Assembly (NCBI GenBank): GCA_035544575.1 | Contig: DATKEC010000044.1 | Coordinates: forward strand, 2,851-66,850 | DNA: 64,000 nt | Source: Acidimicrobiia bacterium | GTDB lineage: Bacteria > Actinomycetota > Acidimicrobiia > Spongiisociales > ZC4RG35 | Direction of reading: 5' to 3' | Shown: in pieces, positions 1-9,904 of the stretch | Layout of the letters: each line of letters opens with the position of its first letter | Numbering within the stretch: the first letter of the stretch is position 1 | Position numbers and translations under genes: made by a program | The notes under the pieces: model-generated | What the model saw: the letters and a program-made list of their open reading frames with translations, nothing else | Told to the model about the DNA's origin: nothing | Database searches by the model: none

Positions 1-2123
1 AGCTCTTCTCTCAAGGCGGGTTCGGACTCGAGCATCGGGTCGCCGGCCACGATGGCGAAGGCCTCCTGGCGTGCGTTCACGAGCAGGTCGAAGTCGCGGA
101 TGATGTTGGCGAGGCGCAGGTCGCCCAATCCCGATTGCCGCTCGCCGAAGACCGTCCCCTGTCCCCGGATGGCGAGGTCGATCTCGGCGAGGCGAAACCC
201 GTCATTGCTCTCGACCATCGCCGCGATGCGTTGTTCACCGTCATCGGTGGTCGGATCCGCCAGCAGCACACAGCGGCCCGGCTCGGATCCCCGCCCGACG
301 CGCCCGCGCAGCTGATGGAGTTGGGAGAGCCCGAAGCGGTCAGCGTCCTCGATGACCATCACCGTCGCATTCGGTACATCGATCCCGACCTCGATCACCG
401 TGGTCGCCACCAGCACGTCGATCGCGCCTGCCCGGAACGACGCCATCACCGCCTCCTTCTCCTTGGAGGGGAGCTGACCGTGGAGGAGTCCCACCGCCAG
501 CCCATCGAAGACGGCGCTGAGACGTTCGAACTCGCCGGTGGCGCTCGCCGCCTCGATCTTCTCCGAGTCCTCGACGAGCGGACACACCACGAAGGCCTGA
601 CGCCCCTTCCGCACCTCCGAGCGCACGACCTCCCACGCGCCGTTCTCACGCTCCCGCGCCAGGGCCACGGTTTGGATCGGACTGCGACCGGGAGGGAGCT
701 CCTCGATCGACGAGACCGCCAGATCGCCGTAGAGGGTCATCGACAGCGTCCTGGGAATCGGGGTGGCGGTCATGATCAGCAGATCAGGTTCGGGCCCGAT
801 GGCTTTGCCTTTCAGGTCCTGGCGTTGCATCGCCCCGAAACGATGCTGCTCGTCCACGACGGCGATCCCGAGACGTCGGAAGGCCACTCCCTCCTGGATC
901 AGCGCATGGGTCCCGACGACCACATCGACGTTGCCGGCCGCGATCTCGTCGAGCAGTTCGCGACGCTTGATGTCTGTTCGCCAATTGGCGAGCTGCTGAC
1001 TTCCCGTGAGCAGCGCCATCCGCACCGCCGGTCCCTCTGCGGTCTCGAACAGTGAGCCCATCCCCAAGTCCGCGCCCTCACCTTCGAGATTCGGCGCGAG
1101 ACCGGCCGCCGACACTAAGTCTCTGATCCCGAGGTAGTGCTGGGTGGCCAGCACCTCTGTGGGGGCCATGACCGCTCCCTGGAATCCCCCTTCGATCCCG
1201 GCCAACAACGTGATCACCGCCACCACGGTCTTTCCGGACCCGACCTCGCCCTGCAACAAGCGATTCATCGGGATCGGACCGGCCAGGTCACCGAAGATCT
1301 CGGCGATGGCCCGCTCCTGGTCCGCCGTGAGCGCGAACGGCAGCCCCTTGCGGAACGCGCCCGACAACTCGCCCGTGGGAGCGTGCGTGATCCCGTCTGC
1401 GTTTCGCTCTCGTTCCGCCTTGCGTGTCGCGAGCGCGAGCGACATCCGGAACAACTCGTCGAAGACCAGTCGCTGCCGCGCCGGCGCCGCTCGGTCGATC
1501 GACTCAGGAAAGTGAAGGTCTGCCAGCGCGGTGTCACGATCGACGAGTTCCAAACGTTTCAGCACCTCGGTGGGCACCGGATCCGGAATCGGTCGCGAGC
1601 GCGCGAGCGCACTGTGAATCGCGCGGCGGATCCAGCCGATCCCGACGTTCTTGACATTCGGATGAACGGGCACGACTCGGCCGGTCGTGAGGGATTCGGA
1701 TGCCCCTGAGAGAACATCGAGGTCGGGTGCCTTCATCTGTCGGCGACCCCGAAAGCTCTCAACCACGCCCGACAGCGCCACCTCCACGCCCTCGGACAAC
1801 TGCCGCGCCCGGAACGCCTGGTTGAACCAGACGACATCGAGAGTGTCGGTGCCGTCGGTGACCTTCGCCTCGACGATCACCATGTTCCGCCGAGGGCGGC
1901 GGGACGACACCGATCGGACAGTGCCGATCACGGTGATCTCTTCACCCAGGGATAGCGATGCGATGGGCTCCACTCGGCTTCTATCGATGTAGCGACGGGG
2001 TGCGTGCAGCAGCAGGTCGGCAACGGTGAGAAGCCCGGCTTCGGCCAGCTTCTTGGCCCGGGCTCCTTTCAGACCCTGGATCTCACCGATGTCGATGGCC
2101 GCCAGGCGGGCGAGTGTCGCCAT
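1..2123 (-). CDS. recG: ATP-dependent DNA helicase RecG (runs off left edge, 3' partial)
   Basis: Manual minus-strand translation from ATG 2123 (MATLARLAAID...). Motifs LQGEVGSGKT, VVDEQHRFG, MTATPIPR, ATTVIEVGIDVP, QLRGRVGRG. Not in the ORF track. Confidence 0.96.
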   Translation of the reverse strand, partial: MATLARLAAIDIGEIQGLKGARAKKLAEAGLLTVADLLLHAPRRYIDRSRVEPIASLSLGEEITVIGTVRSVSSRRPRRNMVIVEAKVTDGTDTLDVVWFNQAFRARQLSEGVEVALSGVVESFRGRRQMKAPDLDVLSGASESLTTGRVVPVHPNVKNVGIGWIRRAIHSALARSRPIPDPVPTEVLKRLELVDRDTALADLHFPESIDRAAPARQRLVFDELFRMSLALATRKAERERNADGITHAPTGELSGAFRKGLPFALTADQERAIAEIFGDLAGPIPMNRLLQGEVGSGKTVVAVITLLAGIEGGFQGAVMAPTEVLATQHYLGIRDLVSAAGLAPNLEGEGADLGMGSLFETAEGPAVRMALLTGSQQLANWRTDIKRRELLDEIAAGNVDVVVGTHALIQEGVAFRRLGIAVVDEQHRFGAMQRQDLKGKAIGPEPDLLIMTATPIPRTLSMTLYGDLAVSSIEELPPGRSPIQTVALARERENGAWEVVRSEVRKGRQAFVVCPLVEDSEKIEAASATGEFERLSAVFDGLAVGLLHGQLPSKEKEAVMASFRAGAIDVLVATTVIEVGIDVPNATVMVIEDADRFGLSQLHQLRGRVGRGSEPGRCVLLADPTTDDGEQRIAAMVESNDGFRLAEIDLAIRGQGTVFGERQSGLGDLRLANIIRDFDLLVNARQEAFAIVAGDPMLESEPALREE

Positions 2124-2132
2124 CTCAGCGGA

Positions 2133-3752
2133 TCACTCGAACGACATCAGATACGGATAGAGGGGTTGGCCGCCCTCGATCACGACGGTCTCTGCCTGGG
2201 GGTACTCGACATCGATCCAGGTCACCAGAGAGTCGGTCACACCGGGATCGGCTTCGGCGCCCGTGTAGATCGTGATCAACTCGATCGGGGCGGTCATGAT
2301 TCGCCGCACCAGCTTGGTGGTGGCGGACCACGCGTCTGGACCCGCCACGATCGGGGTCCCGTCGACGATCCCCATCCAGTCGCCGCGGGCGATCACTCCG
2401 AGACCGTCGACCTTGGCGTTACGAACCGCCCTGGTCACTTCGGCACTGATGATCGACGATGCGGCAGCCGACATGGTCTGGGCGGCGTCCTCCAGCGACT
2501 CCTCCCCGGTCGAGTACCCCATCATCGCCGCCACGCCTTGCGGAATCGAGCGGGTGGGGACGACCAACACATCCTTTGTCGTCAAAGCGTCGAGTTGTTC
2601 GGCCACGGGAACGATGTTCTTGTTGTTCGGGAGCACGATCACCTTGTCGGCGGGGACGGAATCGACGACGTCGAGGAGATCGTCGGCGCTCGGGTTCATG
2701 GATTGGCCGCCCTTCACGACGCCCTGCACCAGGAGACTGCCGAACAGGGCCGTGAGACCATCGCCGGCAGCCACCGTCACCACGCCAACCGGGGCGACCG
2801 ACGCCTCGAATCTCGCTTCGAACCCCAAGGCCAGCCCGAGCGCGTGACTGCTGGACTGGTCGAGGAGATCGGTCACCTTGATCCCTCGGGGTCGGCCCAC
2901 GGCGATCCCCGCCTCGATGACCGCCCCGATGTGGTCGGTGTGGATGTGACAGTTCCACTCTCCGGCACCTCCGACGACGACGATCGAGTCGCCCAGCTCC
3001 GCCCAGGCTGTCCGCAACCCCGGGATTCCGACGTCGTCTGCGTCGAGGAAGAACATGACCTCGTAGCGAAGATCTGCGACGGCCGGTGGGTCAGAGAGGG
3101 CCGCGAGATCCGCAGACATCGCGCGAACCCGGGGCGGAAGGGAGACGTCGGTGCCAGTTTGGTCCACTACGAAGGCAGCCAGCAGCAGAACCACACCCGC
3201 ACCTCCTGCGTCGACGACTCCCGCTTGGGCCAGCACGGGGAGCATCTCGGGTGTCCGCTCGAGAGCGGACACCGAGCGTCGATACACCGCGGTCAGGAAG
3301 TCCCCCCACGCCATGCCATTGCCGGCAGCCTCGGCGGCTTCCTCGGCGGCTTCCCGGGCGACAGTGAGAATCGTGCCTTCCATCGGCGAGCCCACCTGGG
3401 CATACGCCCGAGCGGCTCCCTCGGCGAGGCCTTCAGCCACCTCCCTCACACCGAGTGTCGTCGCCTGACTGAACGGCACCGTCAACCCCCGCAAGATGAG
3501 GCTCAGGATCAACCCGCTGTTGCCCGTGGCCCCCCGCAGCGAACCGTCCGAGATGGCCCGACAGACCTCCTCCATCGACGTGGCGCCCTCGAGCTGGGCG
3601 TTCACCAGGCGTACGGTTGCCAGCATGTTCGACCCGGTGTCGCCGTCAGGAACGGGATAGACGTTGAGGGCGTTGATCGTGTCCCGATGGACGGTCAACA
3701 GATCCTGGTACCGTGTGAACACCCGCTTGAGGTCGTCCGACGTCATCGTCAT
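2133..3752 (-). CDS. DAK2 domain fusion protein (YloV/FakA fatty-acid kinase family)
   Basis: INALNVYPVPDGDTGSNM, GNSGLILS, GTILTV, GGQSMNPS, GGQPLYPYLMSFE. Start moved to MTMTSDD. Classic rpmB-DAK2-recG context. Confidence 0.93.
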   Translation of the reverse strand: MTMTSDDLKRVFTRYQDLLTVHRDTINALNVYPVPDGDTGSNMLATVRLVNAQLEGATSMEEVCRAISDGSLRGATGNSGLILSLILRGLTVPFSQATTLGVREVAEGLAEGAARAYAQVGSPMEGTILTVAREAAEEAAEAAGNGMAWGDFLTAVYRRSVSALERTPEMLPVLAQAGVVDAGGAGVVLLLAAFVVDQTGTDVSLPPRVRAMSADLAALSDPPAVADLRYEVMFFLDADDVGIPGLRTAWAELGDSIVVVGGAGEWNCHIHTDHIGAVIEAGIAVGRPRGIKVTDLLDQSSSHALGLALGFEARFEASVAPVGVVTVAAGDGLTALFGSLLVQGVVKGGQSMNPSADDLLDVVDSVPADKVIVLPNNKNIVPVAEQLDALTTKDVLVVPTRSIPQGVAAMMGYSTGEESLEDAAQTMSAAASSIISAEVTRAVRNAKVDGLGVIARGDWMGIVDGTPIVAGPDAWSATTKLVRRIMTAPIELITIYTGAEADPGVTDSLVTWIDVEYPQAETVVIEGGQPLYPYLMSFE

Positions 3753-3986
3753 AGGACCGGCACCGACTCCGGCACCGCCAACGGCAACCCGGATTCTGCT
3801 GTGACCTCGTACGGCATGGGCGGCGAGTATACGAACGACCCCTCCGCTGGGGCCATGTGAGTCGCATGTGCCCCCGAGCCGCGACCATCCCGTCCGGGCT
3901 GGCTCCGACGGTGTCATGTCATCCCCCGGTTGGGAGGCTGGCTGGCCACGCTGGTAGCCTTCCCGGCCGTCCCAGGAGTTCCACAA

Positions 3987-4175
3987 ATGTCTTATCGCTG
4001 CGAAGTGTGCGGCAAGCAGCCGACGTTCGGAAAGAGCGTCAGCTTCTCGCACAAGCGCGCCAACCGCCGCTGGCTTCCGAACATCCAGAAAGTGCGCGTC
4101 AAGCACGGCAACAACACCAGACGCGCCCGCGTGTGCACATCCTGTATACGCGCCGGAAAGATCGAGAAGGCCTGA
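3987..4175 (+). CDS. rpmB: 50S ribosomal protein L28 (Cys-containing type)
   Basis: [34 protein letters not shown]...[17 protein letters not shown] at 3974-3978. Confidence 0.97.
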   Translation: MSYRCEVCGKQPTFGKSVSFSHKRANRRWLPNIQKVRVKHGNNTRRARVCTSCIRAGKIEKA

Positions 4176-4177
4176 CG

Positions 4178-4393
4178 ATGCCCCAGGGCGTTGTCAAGAC
4201 CTACGACCCGATCACCGGTTACGGAGTGGTTGTACCCGACGAGGGCGGTGACGAGGTCTATCTGCGGCCCGGTTCCCTGACGGGTTCCATCTTCCGCTTC
4301 GTCCGCCAAGGCCAGCGGGTCATCTACGACATCACTGCCGACGGTGACCGCAGCTACGCCGGCAACATCAGGGTCGGCCAGGACGGGTACTGA
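4178..4393 (+). CDS. Divergent cold-shock (CSD/OB-fold) domain protein
   Basis: MPQGVVKTYDPITGYGVVVPDEGGDEVYL...GQRVIYDI. CSD-like pattern, starting 2 nt after the rpmB stop. Confidence 0.8.
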   Translation: MPQGVVKTYDPITGYGVVVPDEGGDEVYLRPGSLTGSIFRFVRQGQRVIYDITADGDRSYAGNIRVGQDGY

Positions 4394-4470
4394 CCCGGCT
4401 GCCGTCGCCCCGACACGAATAGTGCCCGCTCTGTAGAGTCGCCGCAACGTCCCCGAGAGGAGCACGCACA

Positions 4471-4707
4471 GTGGTTGTTCAGGCCTACGTCCTGATTCAG
4501 ACCGAGGTCGGCAAAGCCGCCCTGGTCGCAGAGGAAGTCCGCACCATCCCAGGAGTGCAAACCGCCGACGATGTCACCGGTCCGTACGACGTGATCGTCA
4601 GAGCCTCCGCCGAGGATGTCGATTCGCTCGGCAAGCTGGTGGTCGCGAAGGTCCAGGCGATCGAAGGCATCACACGCACACTGACCTGTCCGGTGGTCAA
4701 CCTCTGA
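4471..4707 (+). CDS. Lrp/AsnC ligand-binding domain protein (stand-alone)
   Basis: VQAYVLIQTEVGKA...DDVTGPYDVIV...GITRTLTCPVV, the typical actinobacterial small AsnC protein. GAGGAG RBS. Confidence 0.92.
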   Translation: MVVQAYVLIQTEVGKAALVAEEVRTIPGVQTADDVTGPYDVIVRASAEDVDSLGKLVVAKVQAIEGITRTLTCPVVNL

Positions 4708-4728
4708 CCTGAGCGTCGGAGCGCCCGG

Positions 4729-5787
4729 TCATCCGAGTTTGCTCGCGATCGACCGGGCGTTTCTCAATGCCGTCCCATCGGCGCCGTGAGTCGAGTACCG
4801 CCGCGGCGTCATCGCTTCCAACTCAGCCACGATGTCGGCGAGAAGTTCCTCGCGGGAAATCGGAGCCCACAGCGTCGCCGACAACGACCCTGGGATCGTG
4901 TTGACCTCATTGACATTGAGATCCGAGCCCGACAAGAGGAAGTCGACACGGGCGATTCCACGGATCCCGATCACGGCCGCCACGACGCGGGCCAGCCGGC
5001 GGATCTCCCCCTCCACCTCCATGTCGAGCTCTGCCGTCGGGTTGGAAACGCCGCTCGTCTCGTCCCACGCCAGATACTTCTGCTGATAGCTGTAGACGCC
5101 ACCGGCGGCCACGGCCGGTTCTTCGATCATCGAGGTCTGTTCAGCCGGGTGGAAACGAACCGCGACCTGGAGGTCGCGCACACCCGCCAGGAACGGTTCG
5201 ATCACCGTGCCGTCGGTGTGATGGGGCGACGAGGAGGCCAGCGCCAGCGCCGTGGCGTGGTCCTCGACGACCTCGATTCCGATCGAAGAGCCCCCAAAGC
5301 GCGGTTTGACGATGTATGGACCGCCGAACGGAGGCTGGTCGGCCGTCAGCAGAGTCCTCGGGACTGTCGGCAGCCCGAGACTGGACATCACCGCCCCGAA
5401 GGCGAGCTTGTCCATCCCCAACGCCGAGCCGTTCTGACCGGCACCCGAATATCGGTAGCCGGCGAGATCGAGCATCCCCTGCAACGTGCCGTCCTCGCCC
5501 GGGCCTCCGTGGGTCGCCAGCACGATCACCGAGATGTCGAGCGGCTTGCGTTTCAGCACGAACCCGGAACCGACCTCCGCGACGAATGCGAGCTCCCGCG
5601 CCTTGCGAGGTGTCCCGTCGGCGAAATCCGCCGGCTCCATGCCGGCATCGACGAGATGGAACCCGCCGGTCTTGTCCCAGTACACGCAGTGGCACACGCC
5701 GAGGGTGCGAGCGGCCATCAGCCCGGTGGTGATCGAGATGTCGTGTTCCGGCGACGGGCCACCGAAGAGCACAGCGGGAAGCGGCAT
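4729..5787 (-). CDS. ddl: D-alanine--D-alanine ligase
   Basis: FGGPSPEHDIS, HGGPGEDGTLQG, KPRFGGSSIG, YSYQQKY omega loop, RVDF, NEVNTIPGS. Start at MPLPAV. Confidence 0.9.
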   Translation of the reverse strand: MPLPAVLFGGPSPEHDISITTGLMAARTLGVCHCVYWDKTGGFHLVDAGMEPADFADGTPRKARELAFVAEVGSGFVLKRKPLDISVIVLATHGGPGEDGTLQGMLDLAGYRYSGAGQNGSALGMDKLAFGAVMSSLGLPTVPRTLLTADQPPFGGPYIVKPRFGGSSIGIEVVEDHATALALASSSPHHTDGTVIEPFLAGVRDLQVAVRFHPAEQTSMIEEPAVAAGGVYSYQQKYLAWDETSGVSNPTAELDMEVEGEIRRLARVVAAVIGIRGIARVDFLLSGSDLNVNEVNTIPGSLSATLWAPISREELLADIVAELEAMTPRRYSTHGADGTALRNARSIASKLG

Positions 5788-5791
5788 GAGA

Positions 5792-7300
5792 TCAGGGGTA
5801 GTGGTCGGGAAGGTCGTTCTCGTAGAGGACGGCGTCGCCTTCGATGAGCGTATCGCGCACCCAAACGACGGCGTCCTCACGCGTGTCGAAGACGATAACC
5901 GAGCCGACACCGCCTTCTTCGGCTCCCGCCGCCAGTGCCCGGCGGTTCGTCCGATTCACGATCACGAAATGGGTCACTCCGGCCGCACCGGCCTTCTGGC
6001 CGAACTCCCGGTTGGCGGCGTCCTGGCAATCCCCGAGTTCGACCATCCCCGGCGTCACGACCACCTTGCGGCCATCGACGGATCCCAGCCCGGCGAGCAT
6101 GCCGAGCGCGGCTTCGGCACCGGCGGGGTTGGAGTTGAACGTGTCATCGATGATGTCGACGCCGCGGCCCGACCGACCGACGGTCCGACGATGTGCAACC
6201 TCGGGCGCATCCGCCAGCCGGTCTGCGACGTGGCGGGGATCGATGCCCAGCGCGACGATCACGCCGATGGCACATGCCACGTTCACCGGGTGGGACCGGT
6301 CAGGCCGAAACGTACCGACGGCTTCGCTCCCGACGAGGACCACCCCGTCGGCCGTGGCAGTGATGTCGGCATCGCCTCGGTGGGCGGACACCGTCGTCAC
6401 CCGCCGACGGCCCGCTTCCGCTGTCGCCATCTCGGCCAGCAGAGGATGGTCGATCGAGATCACAGCCACCGGAGCGCGTTCGAGGATCTCGCGTTTGGCA
6501 GCGGCGATCACGGCGAGGGACCGCATGCGTTCGAGGTGAACCGGCCCCAGGGCCGTGATCACCGCCACGTCGGGAGGGATCCACTCGCACAGGTCCCGGA
6601 TCTCGCCGACGCCGTACGTCCCCATCTCTGCGATGAAAATGTCGATGCCAGGCGTCAGGTGCTCATTGATGGCCCGAGCCAGACCCATACGGTTGTTGAA
6701 GCTGGCGGGCGACGCCGACACTGCCCGCATCCCACCGACGAGGTGCGCCACCAGATTCTTGGTCGAGGTCTTGCCGTATGAACCGGTGATCGCCACGACT
6801 GTCGGATCGACCCTGGCGAGGGACGCGGCGGCCCGTTGTATCCATCGATCTCCCCGACGTCGCTCGAGCGGAGCGAGGAGCCACAGCGCCAGGTCGATCA
6901 CGACCGGAACGAGCAGCGGGACGATCACCACCAGTGCGGTCACACCGGTAACCGAGCCAACCGTCACAACAGCCGCAGCCAGGACCGCGGTAGCGAGCAC
7001 GAGGCGTGCCAGACGATCGGTCCACACCAGCTCCGAGGTCCGACCGCGCAGACCCAGACCGATTGGCGCGGCCACCGCAACAGCCCCCGTGACCAGTCCG
7101 ATCGGCGGGGACCACATCGAAGAAACCGCGGCAAGCACGCCTGCCGCCAACAGCAGGGCGTTGCGCAGGTCCAAACGCCACCACCTGACGGCGAACCGGG
7201 TCACACCCGGGAGGTAGTGCTCCCGCTGAGCGACTCGCAGCCAGCGCAGCGCAGCCACGGCTGTCGCAACCACCGAAGCGCCGACTGTTATCCAGATCAT
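5792..7300 (-). CDS. murF: MurF-type Mur ligase with N-terminal multi-TM region
   Basis: Hydrophobic N-terminal ~145 aa, then ITGSYGKTSTK, EMG, DDTFNSNP, PGMVELG and C-terminal LYENDLPDHYP. Confidence 0.85.
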   Translation of the reverse strand: MIWITVGASVVATAVAALRWLRVAQREHYLPGVTRFAVRWWRLDLRNALLLAAGVLAAVSSMWSPPIGLVTGAVAVAAPIGLGLRGRTSELVWTDRLARLVLATAVLAAAVVTVGSVTGVTALVVIVPLLVPVVIDLALWLLAPLERRRGDRWIQRAAASLARVDPTVVAITGSYGKTSTKNLVAHLVGGMRAVSASPASFNNRMGLARAINEHLTPGIDIFIAEMGTYGVGEIRDLCEWIPPDVAVITALGPVHLERMRSLAVIAAAKREILERAPVAVISIDHPLLAEMATAEAGRRRVTTVSAHRGDADITATADGVVLVGSEAVGTFRPDRSHPVNVACAIGVIVALGIDPRHVADRLADAPEVAHRRTVGRSGRGVDIIDDTFNSNPAGAEAALGMLAGLGSVDGRKVVVTPGMVELGDCQDAANREFGQKAGAAGVTHFVIVNRTNRRALAAGAEEGGVGSVIVFDTREDAVVWVRDTLIEGDAVLYENDLPDHYP

Positions 7301-8031
7301 CGCTCGAGCATCGCGTCGATCGCCCGCCGCAATCCGGCCGGGTCCTGTGTGGGCACGAAGTGGCCAACCGCGGGGAGCACGCTGAGTTCGACGGGGACGT
7401 GCCGGGATTCCAAGAGCGCCTTGGCGGTCTCGGCCACCGAGACGCGGACCTCGACATCCTCTGCCCCCCAGACCAAGGCGACCGGTGCGGTCACCGCTGA
7501 AAGCTCGGCCTCGTAGGACTCGTTGACCGCCATGACGAGGATCTCGCGCATCACGCCGCTCGTCGCCCGGTAGTCGGCCGAGCCTCGCCGGCGCCGTTCA
7601 CGCTCCATGCGGTCATCGGAGACGAGTCCAATTCGGTTCGCCAACCGCAACAGGCGGAAAATTGCGGCCGGTCGAGCAGGCGGGCGGCGCATCAGCGGAA
7701 CTCCGGTCAGCACCAATCCGCCGACGGGAGTCGTGGATGCCAGGCACACCGCCACCCTGCCTCCGAACGAATGGCCGACCAGAATTGGAGGCTCCTCGAG
7801 CGGTTCGATCACCGGTTCGAGCAGACGGGCGTAGCCGCAGGCGCCGATAGCCTCCTCGGGAACAGGCGACGCGCCAAACCCCGGAAGATCTACGGCGATG
7901 GCGTCCAGACCTGCCAGGACCGAGTCGAAATCCGCTCCGCGCCGACCCCATCCGTGCAGAGCGATCACTCGGGGAGGCCACGCGCCGTGTGTTTCGGCAA
8001 AGACTCCGTTCGCCACCGCCTTCAGCGCCAT
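7297..8031 (-). CDS. Alpha/beta hydrolase (esterase-like)
   Basis: LHGWG oxyanion motif, DLPGFG, GHSFGG nucleophile, WGAED, GHF. Stop overlaps the murF start. Confidence 0.9.
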   Translation of the reverse strand: MALKAVANGVFAETHGAWPPRVIALHGWGRRGADFDSVLAGLDAIAVDLPGFGASPVPEEAIGACGYARLLEPVIEPLEEPPILVGHSFGGRVAVCLASTTPVGGLVLTGVPLMRRPPARPAAIFRLLRLANRIGLVSDDRMERERRRRGSADYRATSGVMREILVMAVNESYEAELSAVTAPVALVWGAEDVEVRVSVAETAKALLESRHVPVELSVLPAVGHFVPTQDPAGLRRAIDAMLER

Positions 8032-8113
8032 ATCGAGTCTGCCACTCCGATCCTCAACCCCTTGCCGCCGGGAGCCGACAATACAGTGACCCGTACCGAG
8101 CCGAGCGACACCG

Positions 8114-9904
8114 ATGCCCTCAGGCCAACAGCCGACCATCAGCACTCTCGTCCGCTTCAGAGCGGCCGCTCTCCGCCGTAGCGTGATGCTCGGTTGGGTG
8201 CTCCTCGTCGTGCTGACGGCAGCCGCGGTACGTACCGACACCTTTCCGGACCGGCGATTCCTCGTCACCGTCGCGATCTTCTTGGTGATCCTGTCACTGG
8301 CGAGCGGCACGGACTGGTCGCGGGTCCTCCGGAAGCCGTACGGGCCGCTGCTGGCGTGGGCGTGGACCATTGCCTTGGTTCTCACTCTCACCGTGATCGC
8401 CACGGTCGAGGGCATGTTCCAGGCGACCCTCCCGATCTTCCCGGGCATCGTGGTGCTCACCGGTCTCATACTCGAACCCGTCCGCCACGTCTTCGTCTCG
8501 GTGCTCACCGCCTTCCTGGTGATCATCGCGGCCTTGGTGACAGCCGAAGCCGACACGTTCGCCGATCTCGTGATTCCCGTCCTGACGATCGGGGTGGTGG
8601 CCGCGGCAACCGCCCTCATCGGCACCGAGTTCGCTCGCGAGGCAAAGATGTCAGCGGCGCAACAAGAAGCCCTCTCCAGCCAGCGCGAGGACTTCCGGCG
8701 CCTGTACGCCGTCTCCACGACACTCGCCGGTGCGGAGTCTCTCGCCGAGGGTCTCCCCGAGATCGTCGGGCGAATCTGTCGCTATGTCGATGCCCAGGTC
8801 GGGGTGGTCTTCCTGTATCGGCCCGAAGACCACACCCTTCGTGTCGTGAGCCCGATGTGGGTGAACGGCCACACCCTCGAAGTCGATGAGATCACCGTGC
8901 GCGTCACGGACGGCAGCATCGTCACCAAGGTCTTCCGCAGCGGAAGGGCGATCCGTTTGGAGCGGATCTTGCAGCGACCCGATCAGTTCGGTGTGCTCGG
9001 AGAACTCGGCATCGACAATGCCATCGTCGCCCCACTCCGCGTCGAGGGCCACAACGTCGGTGTCCTCGCCATCGGCGACCCTGCTGGCGACCCGTTCACC
9101 GATGGCCAGGTGGAGGACGTCTCCTCTTTGGCCGCCCCGGCCGCTTTGGTGCTGTCTCAACTCGGCCGATACGAGGCAGCGGCCGAGATGACCCGGCGCA
9201 TGCGAGAAGTGGCGCAGATGAAGACGGACTTCGTGTCGGTCGTGAGCCACGAGCTGCGCACGCCGCTCACTTCCATCATCGGATCACTCGACACGATCAA
9301 GCGTCCGGGCATCGGCCCCGAAGCAACCGAGGACTTGCTGGAATCGGCTCGCCGTCAAGCCAACCGGTTGCAGAGGCTGATCGAGGATCTCCTGTTTGCG
9401 TCCCGCGTCGACCGTCAAACGATCCCGATCTCGATCCAGCCGGTGCTCGTGCGGGACATGCTCTCCGAGCTCGAGACCACCCATTCCACCAGCCCCCACC
9501 TGAGGATCTCCGTCGAGCCGGTGGACCTGATGGTGGCCGCGGATCCCGACCACCTCCGTCGAGTCTTCATCAATCTCGTGGACAACGCCTCCAAGTACGC
9601 GCCGGACAGCCCGGTCGAAGTCATCGCCCGTGCGGTTCGGTCTCGGATCGACATCGACGTGATCGATCACGGAGACGGGATACCGCCGGAGATGCGGGCG
9701 CGCATCTTCGACGCCTTCACACAACTCGAACGGTCTGAAACCCGCACCAAGGGCGGGACGGGCCTCGGTCTGTCGATCGTGCGCGGGCTGGTCGAGGCGA
9801 TGGGGGGCCAGGTGGTCGTGACTGAGACGCCCGGTGGAGGAGCGACATTCACCATCAGCCTCCCGATGGCTGCCGTCGCCCCCGACCTCATTCCGCTGGC
9901 GTGA
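8114..9904 (+). CDS. Membrane sensor histidine kinase with GAF domain
   Basis: ~5-6 TM segments, GAF-like middle region, SHELRTPL H-box, NLVDNASKY, DHGDGI, GTGLGL. Confidence 0.92.
   Translation: MPSGQQPTISTLVRFRAAALRRSVMLGWVLLVVLTAAAVRTDTFPDRRFLVTVAIFLVILSLASGTDWSRVLRKPYGPLLAWAWTIALVLTLTVIATVEGMFQATLPIFPGIVVLTGLILEPVRHVFVSVLTAFLVIIAALVTAEADTFADLVIPVLTIGVVAAATALIGTEFAREAKMSAAQQEALSSQREDFRRLYAVSTTLAGAESLAEGLPEIVGRICRYVDAQVGVVFLYRPEDHTLRVVSPMWVNGHTLEVDEITVRVTDGSIVTKVFRSGRAIRLERILQRPDQFGVLGELGIDNAIVAPLRVEGHNVGVLAIGDPAGDPFTDGQVEDVSSLAAPAALVLSQLGRYEAAAEMTRRMREVAQMKTDFVSVVSHELRTPLTSIIGSLDTIKRPGIGPEATEDLLESARRQANRLQRLIEDLLFASRVDRQTIPISIQPVLVRDMLSELETTHSTSPHLRISVEPVDLMVAADPDHLRRVFINLVDNASKYAPDSPVEVIARAVRSRIDIDVIDHGDGIPPEMRARIFDAFTQLERSETRTKGGTGLGLSIVRGLVEAMGGQVVVTETPGGGATFTISLPMAAVAPDLIPLA

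Noticed and set aside
135-3860. Long plus-strand ORFs (135-1055, 2004-3860) and similar antisense ORFs throughout (28317-29579, 45237-47345, 47237-49135 and others)
   Set aside because: Shadow frames of real opposite-strand genes in high-GC DNA; no motifs.
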